Shown in pieces: positions 19,126 to 28,410 of a DNA stretch of 64,000 nucleotides. Position 1 is the stretch's first letter, and every line of letters starts with the position of its first letter. Source of the stretch: Patescibacteria group bacterium (lineage in GTDB: Bacteria; Patescibacteriota; Patescibacteriia; Patescibacteriales; UBA12465); assembly GCA_041665845.1 (NCBI GenBank), contig JBAYIC010000002.1, positions 221 through 64,220 of the forward strand, given 5' to 3'. The notes beneath the pieces were generated by a model. It saw nothing but the letters and a program-made list of their open reading frames with translations, did no database searches and was not told where the DNA came from. A program made the position numbers and the translations under genes.

Positions 19126-20499
19126 ATGAACATTGGTACAGAGTTAAAAAATTTAATTCCTAATCCACTTTCCAAAAGAGAGAGCTTAGCCGGTTTGACT
19201 AAAAAAATAGAACTTATTGCCGAAGGTTTAACTTTTATTTCCATCGCTAAACAAATATTCGCTTTAGTTATCGGAGCGTTTATTTTATATTTTGTTTTTA
19301 ATATTTCTATATCATTTGTAGCGATTTTATTTTCAGCCGGCTTATTAATGATGTTAGCTAATCTTTTTTTCTCTTCTTCGAAACTAAAGTCCATTAAACT
19401 AATTAATGCGCAAGAAGATCCCCTAAGCTCTTGGAAAATTTTAGTCATCAGCGAACGTTATAATACTCTAGCTGCGGGAGTAGCTACCATCGAGAGCATC
19501 TTGGGAGTATATCTTTTTATTTTTATATTAAATGGCGGATTTATTAAGTTAGATATCTCGCCTAACGTTATCCCATATATTAAGTATTTCCTATTTTTTG
19601 TTATCTTTGCAAAATTATGGGGATTTGCGATGAGTTTAATAAAGTATAATATAGTTCTGAAAATTCCCAAGAGTAGTGATATTGCCGAACTGGATAAAAA
19701 TTATAGCCTCGTTAACGTAAAATTTAGCATATTAAGAATCTCCTTGGTGATCGCTGTTATGGCTTTATGTATACCATGTTTGTTATTTTTTAAGGTTGTT
19801 TCTATTGAAATAATTTTTGCTTTTCGCTTCCTGTTGGTATTTTTTATTCCAATTTTTATTTGTCTATTTGCTTTTTTAATCTTGGATATCTTGAGCCATA
19901 AAAAATTAAAAAATCTCAATTTAAATAGCCGGACGGATAGTCAGACAAGCGGCCAAGCAAAAAGTCTCGAGGATAAACAACCTCATCAAGAAAATTTAGT
20001 TAAAATCTCAGAATACCAAGACGAAAAAATTTTAGGCTCGGTTTTTGGTATTACAAAAGGCGTGGCTAGTTTTAAAGATATGTTTTCGCGCACAACGGGA
20101 AGCTCTGAATTTCTCGGAGTTGGACAAAATTTTGCTCCGGAAAATACCTTATTAATTACGAATTATCGTCTCTTATTTATCCAAGTTCCGATGACCGGGG
20201 GTGATAAAGTAATTACCGGTACTGATTATACTATGAATAACATAATGTTTAATAGATCTGAAATTGCAAAGAATGGGGAAGAATTATTAAAAAATAATTC
20301 TATTTCTCAGATATCACCCTTGATTAGAAATGAAGTTTTATATAAAGATGTTATGGATTTAATTTTGAATAAGTTCATAATTAAAATAAAAAAGATAAAC
20401 GGCGAAAAGTTTCGCTATGCTTTTTTTGATAAGGAATATGCCGATTTGATAAATAAAATTTTACCAGCATACTTAAAAGATAAATTTACAAGTAAATAA
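19126..20499 (+). CDS. Polytopic membrane protein with C-terminal bacterial PH/GRAM-like domain
   Basis: Roughly 7 hydrophobic helices in the first 260 aa. The C-terminal part has ENTLLITNYRLLFIQVP..KFIIKIKKINGEKFRYAF, a PH-like pattern. Confidence 0.55.
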   Translation: MNIGTELKNLIPNPLSKRESLAGLTKKIELIAEGLTFISIAKQIFALVIGAFILYFVFNISISFVAILFSAGLLMMLANLFFSSSKLKSIKLINAQEDPLSSWKILVISERYNTLAAGVATIESILGVYLFIFILNGGFIKLDISPNVIPYIKYFLFFVIFAKLWGFAMSLIKYNIVLKIPKSSDIAELDKNYSLVNVKFSILRISLVIAVMALCIPCLLFFKVVSIEIIFAFRFLLVFFIPIFICLFAFLILDILSHKKLKNLNLNSRTDSQTSGQAKSLEDKQPHQENLVKISEYQDEKILGSVFGITKGVASFKDMFSRTTGSSEFLGVGQNFAPENTLLITNYRLLFIQVPMTGGDKVITGTDYTMNNIMFNRSEIAKNGEELLKNNSISQISPLIRNEVLYKDVMDLILNKFIIKIKKINGEKFRYAFFDKEYADLINKILPAYLKDKFTSK

Positions 20500-20500
20500 T

Positions 20501-21172
20501 ATGGCTCAAAAAGTAATTATTGAACCGGAATGGCTAGAAGCGCTTGGTGATATTATAACTCGCGAGAATTTTACAAAATTAGCTAATTTTGTGCGCGCTG
20601 AATATCAACTTAAAAAAGTTTTTCCGCTTCCGGCTGATATTTTTAAAGCTTTTTGGCTAACGCCATTTTCTCAGGTGAAAGTAGTAATCCTTGGCCAAGA
20701 TCCTTATCATGGAGATGGCCAAGCACATGGCCTTTGTTTCTCCGTCCCCGATGGCGTATCTTTACCGCCATCTCTGCAAAATATTTATAAAGAAATAGAA
20801 AGTGATTTAAATATCAAAAAAAATTTTTCCCTTGGTAATCTCGAATCTTGGGCCCGGCAGGGCGTTTTTTTATTGAATGCTATTTTGACCGTAGTAGCTC
20901 ATACTCCAACTTCTCATCGTGATAAGGGTTGGGAAGATTTTACTGATGCAGCCATTAAAAAAATTTCTGATGGTCGTGAGAATATTGTATTTATACTTTG
21001 GGGTAGCTATGCTCGTAGTAAAAAGAATCTAATTGATGGAACAAGGCATCTAGTTCTTGAAGCTCCACATCCTTCACCGTTTTCCGCTCATTCCGGATTT
21101 TTCGGTTGCAAGCATTTCTCGCTTTGTAATAAATATTTAACTTCCCATAATAAAACAGAGATAGTCTGGTAA
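20501..21172 (+). CDS. ung: Uracil-DNA glycosylase (family 1)
   Basis: Motifs GQDPYH, GVFLLNAILTV and HPSPFS. Confidence 0.95.
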   Translation: MAQKVIIEPEWLEALGDIITRENFTKLANFVRAEYQLKKVFPLPADIFKAFWLTPFSQVKVVILGQDPYHGDGQAHGLCFSVPDGVSLPPSLQNIYKEIESDLNIKKNFSLGNLESWARQGVFLLNAILTVVAHTPTSHRDKGWEDFTDAAIKKISDGRENIVFILWGSYARSKKNLIDGTRHLVLEAPHPSPFSAHSGFFGCKHFSLCNKYLTSHNKTEIVW

Positions 21173-21200
21173 TTTTATATGGTATTTATAATTAAATAAT

Positions 21201-21776
21201 ATGAAAAAAATAATTTTAGCTTCCACCTCGCCGCGACGCAAAGAACTATTTGAAAGATTGAGATTACCATTTGTGATTGAGGCGCCTGATTATGAGGAAG
21301 ATATGACTTTAAAAATGCCACCGCAAAAATTAGCTCAGTTTTTATCATATGGTAAGGCAATGTCGGTTGCAAAGAAACATAAATCCGGAGTAGTAATTGG
21401 GGCCGATACTTTTGTTGTTTTAAATAATAAATTGCTCGGTAAACCAAAAAATAAAGCAGAAGCGAAAAAAATGCTAGAAAACTTAAGCGGAAAAAGAGTC
21501 GATATTTTAACTGGCCTAACCATTATTGATATTGCTAGTTCTAAAAAAGTAAGTTTTACCGATATCACTAAAGTTTATATTAAGAAATTAACCGAGAAAG
21601 AAATTGATAATTATATTAAATCCGGCGAACCGCTGGATAAGGCGGGCGCTTTCGCTATTCAAGGCTTGGGCGCGGTAATTATTAAAAGAATAGAAGGCGA
21701 TTTTTTAGGCTCGATGGGGCTTCCGTTATTTGTTTTAGCGAAAGAATTGAAAAAAATAGGAATAAATGTTTTATAA
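21201..21776 (+). CDS. maf: Maf-like nucleoside-triphosphate pyrophosphatase
   Basis: ILASTSPRRKELF.., GADTFVV.., KAGAFAIQG. Confidence 0.9.
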   Translation: MKKIILASTSPRRKELFERLRLPFVIEAPDYEEDMTLKMPPQKLAQFLSYGKAMSVAKKHKSGVVIGADTFVVLNNKLLGKPKNKAEAKKMLENLSGKRVDILTGLTIIDIASSKKVSFTDITKVYIKKLTEKEIDNYIKSGEPLDKAGAFAIQGLGAVIIKRIEGDFLGSMGLPLFVLAKELKKIGINVL

Positions 21777-21787
21777 TAAGGTTAGTC

Positions 21788-21816
21788 TTGAAATAATTTA
21801 AAAGTCTTGCTATAAT
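21788..21816 (+). promoter_or_regulatory. sigma70-type promoter TTGAAA-N17-TATAAT upstream of rpsD
   Basis: TTGAAA at 21788-21793, a 17-nt spacer, TATAAT at 21811-21816. Confidence 0.55.
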
Positions 21817-21873
21817 ATTATTCCTAGAATCGAAAAAGGTGATGCCAATTATTTATGTTTTAATTAGTTAAAT

Positions 21874-22455
21874 ATGGCAAGACACACAAAGGTAACTTTG
21901 AAGAAGCGTCAGAAGTATGGTTTGGCGCCAGAAAGCGATAGTATTAGAAGAAAAAATATCCGTAAACCAAAACAATCAGCTTATGCTGAGCGATTAGAAC
22001 AGAAGCAAAAGTTAAAGTTGATTTATGGTATTATGGAAAAACAGATGACTCGCTACGTCCGTGAAGCTTTTAATAGCCAACGAGATGTCCAAGTTGAGTT
22101 AATGCAGAAGTTAGAAAATAGATTAGATAATATTGTATATCGTTTAGGACTTGGTAAAACGAGAGAGCAGTCTAGGCAATTAGTTAATCATGGGCATGTT
22201 TTAGTAAATGATAAGAAAGTTGATATTGCTTCTTATAATGTTAAGCAAGGAGAAATTATCACTTTACGCAAGAAAACCATCGGTAAGAGATTCTTCCTTG
22301 AGTTGGTTGAAAATAACCGTAAAGCCATAGCTCAAGTTAGTTATTTGGGATATGAGGCAAATGGTGGTCGAGTATTGGGATTACCAGCGCAAACCGATGT
22401 TGAGCAAAATGTTGATATTTCTAAGGTATTAGAATTCTACCGTCAAAAGATTTAA
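21874..22455 (+). CDS. rpsD: 30S ribosomal protein S4
   Basis: S4 RNA-binding domain RLDNIVYRLGLGKTREQSRQLVNHGHVLVNDKKV. 193 aa. Confidence 0.95.
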   Translation: MARHTKVTLKKRQKYGLAPESDSIRRKNIRKPKQSAYAERLEQKQKLKLIYGIMEKQMTRYVREAFNSQRDVQVELMQKLENRLDNIVYRLGLGKTREQSRQLVNHGHVLVNDKKVDIASYNVKQGEIITLRKKTIGKRFFLELVENNRKAIAQVSYLGYEANGGRVLGLPAQTDVEQNVDISKVLEFYRQKI

Positions 22456-22480
22456 TTAATATTCTATTAATTGTATATAT

Positions 22481-22526
22481 AAAAGAGCCCAATTTAGAGC
22501 CCAAAGCAAATTGGGCTCTTTTTGGT
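22481..22526 (+). terminator. Rho-independent terminator after rpsD
   Basis: AAAAGAGCCCAATTT (22481-22495) pairs with AAATTGGGCTCTTTT (22508-22522), followed by T residues. It covers the tracked TTG start at 22511. Confidence 0.75.
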
Positions 22527-22626
22527 TTAAATTTATCCGGTTTGAGTTTATGGGAATTTTAGGTTGCTTTTGCTATACTATAAATAGATATCTAGCTAAT
22601 ATTTTAGTGACTATCAAACTAATTTA

Positions 22627-22642
22627 TTCAGTTGTCCGATTT
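22627..22642 (+). repeat. Dispersed 16-mer copy A (TTCAGTTGTCCGATTT)
   Basis: Exact 16-mer, ending 6 nt before ATG 22649. Confidence 0.95.
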
Positions 22643-22648
22643 AGCAAT

Positions 22649-23047
22649 ATGACCAAAAGCGAGACTGTTAGTAGCCGAACCTCCAAAAAGTTAGTAATTC
22701 GTAGAGCTTGGCTAGAAAAAGAGAATAAATGGGTTTTTAGTGTGATTGATGTTTTGGGAATTATGGCTCAAAGCAAAAGACCCCGTAAATACTGGGCTGA
22801 TTTTAAGGTGAGGTTAATGAGAGATCAAAAAGAGCTATTTTCAAAAATCGGACAACTGAAAATGAAAGCTGATGACGGCAAGATGTATAATACTGATGTG
22901 GCTGATATTAACACAGTTTTTCATTTAATCCGAAGCATTCCCGCCCTAACAATTCAACAGTCTGACCATTGGCTTTATTTAAAAATAATGTTTGCCTTAA
23001 GAAAAGCCACAAAATCACCGCTCGGACATCTCAACCTAGACGATTAG
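22649..23047 (+). CDS. Bro-N / KilA-N-like DNA-binding domain protein (short)
   Basis: KKLVIRRAWLEKENKWVFSVIDVLGIMAQSKRPRKYWADFKVRL..LFSKIGQLKMKADDGKMYNTDVADINTVFHLIRSIP matches my recollection of the Bro-N-type pattern (IRRVW..W.FSVVDV...PR.YW..LK...QLK...DGK...TD). The first ATG after the terminator and -10 box is 22649. Confidence 0.5.
   Translation: MTKSETVSSRTSKKLVIRRAWLEKENKWVFSVIDVLGIMAQSKRPRKYWADFKVRLMRDQKELFSKIGQLKMKADDGKMYNTDVADINTVFHLIRSIPALTIQQSDHWLYLKIMFALRKATKSPLGHLNLDD
22845..22860 (-). repeat. Dispersed 16-mer copy B (reverse complement, AAATCGGACAACTGAA)
   Basis: Exact reverse complement, inside the Bro-N-like ORF (codons KIGQLK). Confidence 0.95.
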
Positions 23048-23097
23048 TCTCAATAATTGATTATTATAAATATATGATTTTAGCAAAAGTTTTAGTC

Positions 23098-23616
23098 ATG
23101 GAAAGGATTAATAAAATAACTCTGGTTAATCTTGCTCAATTTACAGCACTGTTAGCGGTAGCTGTTTTTGCTCCTTTATCTCATAATCAAATAATTACCG
23201 GTTCGCTAGTTAATGCAACTTTATTTATTGCGGCCGCAACAATAGGGCTTGAAGGGGCAATTTTAATTGGTATATTACCAAGCACTTTTGCTCTATTATT
23301 CGGAACTCTACCGATAGCATTAGCGCCGCTTATTCCGTTTATAATATTAAGCAACATCCTTTTGATTTTAGTCGTTTCTTCTTTTAAAAAATATAATAGT
23401 AGTTTAGTATTTTTTAGCGCTGCAGTTCTAAAATTTTTGTTCTTGTTTGCCGTTTCTTCCTGGGCCATTAATTTATTATTTCATGGAAATTTAGTTAAAA
23501 CCGCCTCTATAATGCTAAGTTGGCCACAACTTATAACTGCCTTAATCGGCGGCTTAATTGCCCTTGTTATTATAAAAAAATCTGTTAATATGAGCCTATA
23601 TGCCAACAGAAAATAA
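23098..23616 (+). CDS. Integral membrane protein (possible ECF-transporter S-component-like)
   Basis: About 5-6 TM helices (MERINKITLVNLAQFTALLAVAVFAPL..). The start is uncertain (ATG 23074 or 23098). The tracked start 22969 overlaps the previous gene. Confidence 0.5.
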   Translation: MERINKITLVNLAQFTALLAVAVFAPLSHNQIITGSLVNATLFIAAATIGLEGAILIGILPSTFALLFGTLPIALAPLIPFIILSNILLILVVSSFKKYNSSLVFFSAAVLKFLFLFAVSSWAINLLFHGNLVKTASIMLSWPQLITALIGGLIALVIIKKSVNMSLYANRK

Positions 23617-25285
23617 AGAAAACTTAAAAAAACTTGCGCAAACTCTTTTACCGGAGGCGACTCTTAGTATTGAAGAAATAACGCAAAAATATCCACCGCG
23701 AAATTTACCGGACGGTGCTATGGTTACCAGGATTGCTCCGAGTCCAACTGGCTTTATGCATATTGGTAACCTCTATGCGGCTTTAATACCGGAACGCCTA
23801 GGACATCAGTCTGGGGGTATTTTTTATTTAAGAGTTGAAGATACTGATAGAAAACGAGAGGTCGAAGGTGCGATAGAATTAGTCGTTAATTCTTTAAAAA
23901 CCTTTAATATAAATATTGATGAGGGCCAAGTTAGTTCTACCGAGGAAATCGGAAATTATGGCCCTTATAAACAAAGCGAACGCAAAAATATTTATCAAGC
24001 TTTTGTAAAAAAACTTTTAGAGAGTGGCGATGCCTATCCAGCCTTTGAAACGATTGAAGAATTAGCGAGTGTAACTGAGAATCAAACAAATCAAAAATTA
24101 GCGCCTGGCTATTATGGCGAGTGGGCGACTTGGCGATATAAATCCGTTGATGATGCTTTGGCCGCTTTAAATAAAGGATTAACTCCAGTTATCAGATTAA
24201 AATCAACCGGAGATTTAACTAGAATTATTGCGATTGAAGATTTATTTAAAGGAAAATTACGTTTACCGGAAAATAATCAAGATATTGTAATTCTAAAATC
24301 AGACGGCTTACCAACCTATCATTTCGCTCATGTAATTGATGATCATTTTATGGGGACGACTCATGTTTTACGCGGTGATGAATGGCTAGCGTCTTTGGCT
24401 CTGCATATTCAGTTATTTACTAAAATGGGCTGGGAACATCCGGTTTATGGCCATATTGCCCCCATTCAAAAATTAGATGGTTCGTCACGTCGTAAATTAA
24501 GCAAGCGTCATGACCCCGAGGCTAATGTTGCTTTCTATGAAGAAGCTGGCTATCCGACCGATGTTGTAATAATGTATTTATTAAATTTAGCTAATTCTGG
24601 ATTTGAAAAATGGCTCAATGAACACCCAGATGAAGATTTAGCGAATTATAAATTATCGGTCGCAGAATTAAAAAAAGGCGCTGGTGCACTTTTAGATTTA
24701 CAAAAAATGGATAGTTTTGGTAAAGAGTATATCGGTCGGATGTCGGCTAAAAATATGACGGAGTTGGGACTAGCTTGGGCTAAAAAATATGACGCCGATT
24801 TAGCGTCTCTTATTGAAGCGGATATTAATTATACTATTAAAATTTTAAATATTGAAAGAGAAAATATAAAAGCGCGTAAAGATATTAGTAAATGGTCAGA
24901 CTTAAGAGCACAAATCGGTTTTTTCTTTGATAGTATTTTTAAAGCTCAGGGGATTAATATGGACGAATTAGCGGGAGCGGATTTAAAAAGCATTAAGGAA
25001 GTTGCGACAAGTGTTGCTGATAAATATAATCCGGATGATGATAAAGAAACTTGGCTACAAAAAATGCGTACTCTGAGTGTTGAGTTAGGTTATGCACCTG
25101 ATGCTAAAACTTTTAAAGAATCCCCAGAAAAATATAAAGGAAATTTTGGCGATATGGCAAAAATAATTCGTGTCCTGTTGGTGGGGAAAAATCAATCGCC
25201 TGATTTATATGAGATGATGCAAGCGATGGGAGTAAAGAGAGTTAATAGACGGCTCACTTCTAATATATGGTCAGCAAAAAAATAA
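23600..25285 (+). CDS. gltX: Glutamyl-tRNA synthetase (long form, 561 aa)
   Basis: HIGH-type PSPTGFMHIGN and KMSKS-type KLSKR. Catalytic core motif HVLRGDEW. Confidence 0.9.
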   Translation: MPTENKENLKKLAQTLLPEATLSIEEITQKYPPRNLPDGAMVTRIAPSPTGFMHIGNLYAALIPERLGHQSGGIFYLRVEDTDRKREVEGAIELVVNSLKTFNINIDEGQVSSTEEIGNYGPYKQSERKNIYQAFVKKLLESGDAYPAFETIEELASVTENQTNQKLAPGYYGEWATWRYKSVDDALAALNKGLTPVIRLKSTGDLTRIIAIEDLFKGKLRLPENNQDIVILKSDGLPTYHFAHVIDDHFMGTTHVLRGDEWLASLALHIQLFTKMGWEHPVYGHIAPIQKLDGSSRRKLSKRHDPEANVAFYEEAGYPTDVVIMYLLNLANSGFEKWLNEHPDEDLANYKLSVAELKKGAGALLDLQKMDSFGKEYIGRMSAKNMTELGLAWAKKYDADLASLIEADINYTIKILNIERENIKARKDISKWSDLRAQIGFFFDSIFKAQGINMDELAGADLKSIKEVATSVADKYNPDDDKETWLQKMRTLSVELGYAPDAKTFKESPEKYKGNFGDMAKIIRVLLVGKNQSPDLYEMMQAMGVKRVNRRLTSNIWSAKK

Positions 25286-25890
25286 AGACAACTATTTTAA
25301 TTGCAACCGCGAATCACGGTAAGGCGGAAGAAATAAAAACAATATTTAAAGATTCCGGTTTTGAGCTTAAATTCTTATTTGATTTTCCTGAAGAACTAAA
25401 AAATTTAAAATTAGTTGAGAATGCTAAGAGCTTCGAAGGGAATGCTTTAATTAAAGCAATTATATCTGGCGATGTTTTTAATATGATAACCCTGGCTGAT
25501 GATAGCGGACTGTGTGTCGACGCGCTTGATGGTCGCCCTGGAGTTTATTCGGCGCGTTATTCTGAGACGGGAACAGATCGAGATAATTATTTGAAAGTTT
25601 TAGCAGAGATGAAAAATGTCCCTTTTGGGCAGAGAGATTGCCATTATCATTGTGCGGTTGCTATTTATAATCCAAAAACCAAATTTGTTGATACAGTTTT
25701 AGGAATTTGGGATGGTAAAATTGCTATCGAACCGAGAGGAGATAAAAGTTTTGGTTATGCGCCGATATTTTTAGCTAAGGACTTCAATTACGAGAAAACT
25801 AATGCTGAGTTCGATCCGGAGAATTTAATCGCTATAAACCATCGCGGAAAAGCTTTTAAGCAAGCACTCAAGATTCTAAAAACTATTTAG
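25267..25890 (+). CDS. rdgB: dITP/XTP pyrophosphatase (RdgB/HAM1)
   Basis: IATANHGKAEE, DDSGLCVDALDGRPGVYSARY, NHRGKA. Confidence 0.9.
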   Translation: MVSKKIKTTILIATANHGKAEEIKTIFKDSGFELKFLFDFPEELKNLKLVENAKSFEGNALIKAIISGDVFNMITLADDSGLCVDALDGRPGVYSARYSETGTDRDNYLKVLAEMKNVPFGQRDCHYHCAVAIYNPKTKFVDTVLGIWDGKIAIEPRGDKSFGYAPIFLAKDFNYEKTNAEFDPENLIAINHRGKAFKQALKILKTI

Positions 25891-26290
25891 ATTTTTTTTG
25901 CCTTAATAAATATAACTCCTTAGATTTTCTGGTGATAACTAGGATAGTTAAAACAGCAATATAAGCAGAAACGACAGCGTTGGGCAAGTGATAGGCTACC
26001 CCTAGCGAGAAATCAAGGAGAAATAAAGCGGCGATTAAAATCGACCAGATAATAACAAAAATTTCTCCCGGATGCTCTTCTTGATGCTTATCGTACCAGC
26101 GTTCAAATTCTTTGTTGCTAACATAAATTGCTAGAATGCTGATATAAATAGTTGCCGCCGCGCTGAGAATTTCTTCATAAGCATTAGCGCTAATAAAATC
26201 AATTACAATCATCACAAAAAATAAAAATGACCAGGCGTTGATTAATTTCCGCCAAAATCGAAATTCATTTTTAAGAAAACTTTTTTTCAT
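25883..26290 (-). CDS. Small polytopic membrane protein
   Basis: 135 aa with four hydrophobic helices. No family recognised. Confidence 0.55.
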   Translation of the reverse strand: MKKSFLKNEFRFWRKLINAWSFLFFVMIVIDFISANAYEEILSAAATIYISILAIYVSNKEFERWYDKHQEEHPGEIFVIIWSILIAALFLLDFSLGVAYHLPNAVVSAYIAVLTILVITRKSKELYLLRQKKSK

Positions 26291-26312
26291 ACTTTGTTTT
26301 ATATTTTTTAAA

Positions 26313-27725
26313 TTAATTTTCTAAGGCAACTATTTCGTCGATTTTTACTTCCCGGGTTATGGTTGCTCTAATTTTCTCATCAGCGCTGATGAGTTTTTTT
26401 GTTTTCCATTTTCCCTTTAAAAAAACACCGAGATATATAATCGACATGATAACGCTAGTCGCTGGCAAAGAAATCCAAATTCCATTTAGACCAAGCTGGA
26501 AATATTTTGATAGCAAATAGGCTAGAGGAAGTTGAATTATCCATTGGGAAATAATTGTTAAAATCATTGATTGTTTAGTTGAGCCAGCGGCCTGTAAGGT
26601 GCTGCCAATAATTACTTGGATACCGGTTAAGCCTGATGTAAGAGCAATAAAACGTAAAAAATGAGCACCTTGAATTATAACATTAATATCGTTAGGAACA
26701 AAAAAAGCAATAAAGTACGGAGCAAAGATAAAAATTATTATTCCCAATGCGCTTAAAGTTGTAAAAATAAGTTTTAAACTCAATCTCGCTATTTGATCAG
26801 CTTTTTTAGGATTATTAGCGCCGAGATTTTGTCCGACCAAGGCTGAATTAGCGCCAGCAAAACCAAAACATAACATGAGAATGAGTTGAAAAATATTAGA
26901 ACCAACGCCGTAAGCGGCGATAGCCAGGGTTCCGAAGCTTGTTATTAATCCGGTCATGACCGTTAAAACTAAACTGCGAGCAGATTGTTCTAAAGAAGAT
27001 GGAAGCCCGAGCCAAAGAGCGCGCCGCAAAAATTTAAAATCCGGATTAAAATCAGGCCAATATAATTTTATCCCTTGTCTCCCGGAAAAAAGAATAAATA
27101 GGCCAATAACAGCAGCAATACTTTGAGTAAATAAAGTTGCCCAGGCGGTACCGGCTACTCCGAGTTTAGGAATGAACCAGGTACCAAACATAAACAAAGG
27201 GTCAAGAATAAAATTTAAAATTACTGTTCCGATTATAATAAAAACAGGAAGTTTTGGTTTCCCGATACTGCGCATAATTGATTGGAACATGAAAAAAGAA
27301 AAATTAAAAATCATGCCCAAAAATGAAATACGTAAATAGGCGAGAGTGGTTTCAAATATTTCCGGGCTAACACCTAAGAATTTTAAAATGTTCGCTGAGA
27401 AAAAATAACCCAGAGTGCTAGCAATAGCAGAAACTACAAAAACTAATAATAACGTTTGAGCTGAACTATGGCTAACCATTTTTTTGTCCTTAGCTCCGAA
27501 ATATTGAGCCGTTAAAGCTGCTCCAGCAACAGCAAACCCAATTCCGAGTGAAGTCATGAAAAAAATTACTGGCATACTAACCGCCACTGCCGCTACCGCT
27601 TTTTCTCCTAATCGTCCAACCCAAAAAGCATCAGTTAGCTGATAAGCGGCTTGAAAAAAATTAGCTAGAATTATTGGCCCAGCTAAAGTAAGTAATGGTT
27701 TAATGAGACTTTTACCTTGATCCAT
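26313..27725 (-). CDS. MATE family efflux transporter
   Basis: 470 aa with about 12 TM helices. N-terminal GPIILANFFQAAYQLTDAFWVGRLG is typical of MATE. Confidence 0.85.
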   Translation of the reverse strand: MDQGKSLIKPLLTLAGPIILANFFQAAYQLTDAFWVGRLGEKAVAAVAVSMPVIFFMTSLGIGFAVAGAALTAQYFGAKDKKMVSHSSAQTLLLVFVVSAIASTLGYFFSANILKFLGVSPEIFETTLAYLRISFLGMIFNFSFFMFQSIMRSIGKPKLPVFIIIGTVILNFILDPLFMFGTWFIPKLGVAGTAWATLFTQSIAAVIGLFILFSGRQGIKLYWPDFNPDFKFLRRALWLGLPSSLEQSARSLVLTVMTGLITSFGTLAIAAYGVGSNIFQLILMLCFGFAGANSALVGQNLGANNPKKADQIARLSLKLIFTTLSALGIIIFIFAPYFIAFFVPNDINVIIQGAHFLRFIALTSGLTGIQVIIGSTLQAAGSTKQSMILTIISQWIIQLPLAYLLSKYFQLGLNGIWISLPATSVIMSIIYLGVFLKGKWKTKKLISADEKIRATITREVKIDEIVALEN

Positions 27726-27735
27726 TCAGTTTAGC

Positions 27736-28299
27736 TTATAAGTGTTTTATTATCTCGGCATGAGTTTCGTCTATAGCCATCATCCCGTCTATTTCTACTA
27801 ACTTACCTCTAGAGCGATAATATTCCAGGAGCGGCTGAGATTCGCGCTCAAAAGTTGCAAAGCGATTTTTAATAGCTTCGGGGCTCACATCGTCTTTGCG
27901 ACCGCTCGCTTTTGCCCGGGCTACTATTCTTTTTAATGCTTGTTCTGGTTTAAGACGTAGATAAAACAACTGGCCGATTTCTAAATTCATTTCATCGGCT
28001 AATTTTTCCAACATTTTGGCTTGAGCTAGAATGCGCGGGAAGCCATCGAAAATAAGACCCGATTTAGTTGCTTTATCGCCGATGTTCTTGATTATTTGGA
28101 ACATTAAGTCATCAGGAATCAAAATTCCATTATCAACGTAGGGCTTAATTTCTTGGCCTAAAGCTGATCCAGACTCAATCTCTCCTCTTAATCTTTCCCC
28201 CATTCCAAATTGAAAAAAGCCATATTTTTTCGCCAACATTTGTACTTGAGTTGATTTTCCGCAACCCGGTTGCCCGTAGAGAGTGATTATTTTTTTCAT
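27736..28299 (-). CDS. adk: Adenylate kinase (short lid)
   Basis: P-loop GQPGCGKSTQ, GFPR, RKDD. 187 aa. Confidence 0.9.
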   Translation of the reverse strand: MKKIITLYGQPGCGKSTQVQMLAKKYGFFQFGMGERLRGEIESGSALGQEIKPYVDNGILIPDDLMFQIIKNIGDKATKSGLIFDGFPRILAQAKMLEKLADEMNLEIGQLFYLRLKPEQALKRIVARAKASGRKDDVSPEAIKNRFATFERESQPLLEYYRSRGKLVEIDGMMAIDETHAEIIKHL

Positions 28300-28410
28300 A
28301 GTTTTGATTGATTTTATCGTTTACTATCTATATGATATAATACTATCTGGTCTTAGACAAGATTTTTATTAAAATTAGAGGAAAGTTCCTCTATTAGCAG
28401 GTATTAAGTT

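Noticed and set aside
18933-20499. An integrated element could lie next to tRNA-Ser(GGA).
   Set aside because: I saw no integrase or recombinase ORF, and no direct repeat of the tRNA 3' end downstream. The following genes (ung, maf, rpsD) are housekeeping.
22571-22586. The 16-mer TGCTATACTATAAATA is shared between 22571-22586 and 59221-59236. Both copies look like extended -10 promoters.
   Set aside because: A rough estimate for AT-rich sequence of this length predicts on the order of one or more chance 16-mer pairs in the window. Both copies are also explained by convergent promoter consensus (TGnTATACT). This is not evidence of a repeat family.
22511-22648. The tracked TTG start would extend the Bro-N-like ORF by 46 codons.
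   Set aside because: The TTG lies inside the 3' arm of the rpsD terminator hairpin (22508-22522) and upstream of the -10 box at 22574-22579. The first ATG downstream of the likely transcription start is 22649.
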